Below, piece by piece: positions 63,067 through 64,000 of a stretch of DNA of 64,000 bases. Location: assembly GCA_963778905.1 (NCBI GenBank), contig CAVZWH010000017.1:76-64075 (forward strand), in the 5' to 3' direction. Each line of letters begins with the position of its first letter. The first letter of the stretch is position 1. The DNA is from Candidatus Staskawiczbacteria bacterium (GTDB lineage: Bacteria > Patescibacteriota > Minisyncoccia > Minisyncoccales > Staskawiczbacteraceae). The notes beneath the pieces are model-generated. The model saw only the letters and a program-made list of their open reading frames with translations, did no database searches and was not told the origin of the DNA. A program made the position numbers and the translations under genes.

Positions 63067-64000
63067 ATGAGTCTTATTAAAAAATTTTTAATTTCTTTCG
63101 GTATATTATTTATTGTAGCCGTTATAGCTGTTTTTATTTATTTTTTTGTTCCTTGGCTCCCTGCTTCTAGCATCAATGTCACCAATAAAGCACAGGTGCA
63201 GGTCAATACGCCATGGGGCGTTGATTTTTCCCAGTCTCAAGCAGAGTACTTAAAGCTCGATTGGAAAGAAACATATTTAGCAATAATTAACGACCTCGGA
63301 GCTAAAAATATAAAACTCCATACAAATTGGAGTTGGGTGGAAGGCAAGCAAGATATTTTTTATTTTAACGATATTGATTGGCAGATCAAGCAGGCAGAAA
63401 AAAAGAACGTAAAAATTATTTATGTGATAGGAATGAAAACCGGCCGCTGGCCTGAATGCCACATTCCAACCTGGGCTAATAGTCTGTCTGAAAAAGACCA
63501 GCAGTCAGAATTGTTAAAATATATTACAGTAGTTGTTAATAGGTACAAAAAATCAAAAGCAATTATTAATTGGCAGGTAGAAAACGAACCATTATTTAAG
63601 TTTGGCGTATGTCCTTCTTGGTACTATGATAATGATAATTTTTTGAAGACAGAAGTTGCTTTGGTAAAATCTCTTGATCCGACAAGAAAAATAATTGTGT
63701 CTGATTCTGGGGAGCAATCTGATTGGTTTGATGCTGCAAAAATCGGCGATATTGTCGGCATCACAATGTACAGAAACGCCTGGGTCGGAGTTACAGACAC
63801 TTTTGGTTTAGAAGCATATTCCTTTTTAAATCCCGTTACTTATATGAGAAAGGCTCAAATTATACAAAGCATGTTTAGCAAACCCGTTATTTGCATAGAA
63901 TTACAGGCAGAACCATGGACAGCAGAACCTCTAATGCAAGCTCCTTTAGAAGAGCAATCAAAATCAATGAATCCCCAGATGTTCCAAGAAGATGTCCAGT
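63067..64000 (+). CDS. Membrane-anchored glycoside hydrolase, clan GH-A (GH5/GH42-like). It is a partial gene that runs off the window end and is not in the ORF track.
   Basis: The frame is open from the ATG at 63067 to position 64000 with no stop. It has an N-terminal TM helix, the acid/base motif NWQVENEP and the candidate nucleophile context VICIELQAEPW. Confidence 0.7.
   Translation, partial: MSLIKKFLISFGILFIVAVIAVFIYFFVPWLPASSINVTNKAQVQVNTPWGVDFSQSQAEYLKLDWKETYLAIINDLGAKNIKLHTNWSWVEGKQDIFYFNDIDWQIKQAEKKNVKIIYVIGMKTGRWPECHIPTWANSLSEKDQQSELLKYITVVVNRYKKSKAIINWQVENEPLFKFGVCPSWYYDNDNFLKTEVALVKSLDPTRKIIVSDSGEQSDWFDAAKIGDIVGITMYRNAWVGVTDTFGLEAYSFLNPVTYMRKAQIIQSMFSKPVICIELQAEPWTAEPLMQAPLEEQSKSMNPQMFQEDVQ

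Noticed and set aside
1-64000. Alternative genetic code (UGA recoding, as in some CPR lineages)
   Set aside because: Well-supported genes such as res and rpmG terminate at TGA at the expected lengths, and conserved proteins are full length under the standard code.

Overview
This is a 64-kb low-GC bacterial window (about one third GC, judged by eye) with compact genes. It uses the standard genetic code, since TGA serves as a stop. The gene content suggests a small-genome Patescibacteria/CPR-like organism, which is an inference: type IV pilin-like proteins, many secreted repeat proteins with peptidoglycan-binding domains, a SWIB protein, and large serine recombinases (LSRs) sitting on tRNA or gene ends.

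Layout:
- 1-7.7 kb: a GC-rich TPR gene stub joined to a 5'-truncated type III R-M (Mod fragment plus Res). These are followed by small hypothetical genes and a small-plus-large serine recombinase pair whose ORF reads in frame into greA.
- 7.7-13.1 kb: a housekeeping block (greA, tRNA-Ala, mscL, ychF, an rluA-family gene, a KH protein, trmD, tRNA-Tyr, tRNA-Thr, rpmG).
- 13.3-16.6 kb: a compositionally foreign operon (about 45-55% GC) encoding a SPASM radical-SAM protein, a thymidylate-kinase-like protein and a B12-binding radical-SAM protein.
- 16.7-24.4 kb: a pyrophosphatase-like gene, a second foreign single-gene cassette (a truncated Hsp70/YegD-like ATPase), CYTH, DUF3850, mltG, an M15 peptidase, two secreted repeat proteins and tRNA-Trp.
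- 24.4-40.3 kb: an integrative element at tRNA-Trp. It carries a frameshifted LSR, a prim-pol/SF3 helicase, and a cargo cassette of an M.EcoRI-like MTase, a DUF262-HNH protein, a GmrSD-like protein and an OLD nuclease. It also carries a SAM-I-like riboswitch upstream of an unknown gene and a PIN pair.
- 40.3-46 kb: a second LSR element with two orphan MTases.
- 46-55.8 kb: a secreted Kazal-containing protein, a NucS-like nuclease, a type II R-M candidate and an uncharacterised four-gene operon led by a wHTH-PIN-coiled-coil-TM protein.
- 55.9-64 kb: core-like genes (SWIB, PAP2, a P-type ATPase, a pilin cluster, and a partial GH clan-A hydrolase missing from the ORF track).

The best candidates for an undescribed system are the radical-SAM/kinase operon, the element-borne four-gene nuclease cassette and the PIN-TM operon. 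All functional calls come from motif recognition by eye. No database search was run.
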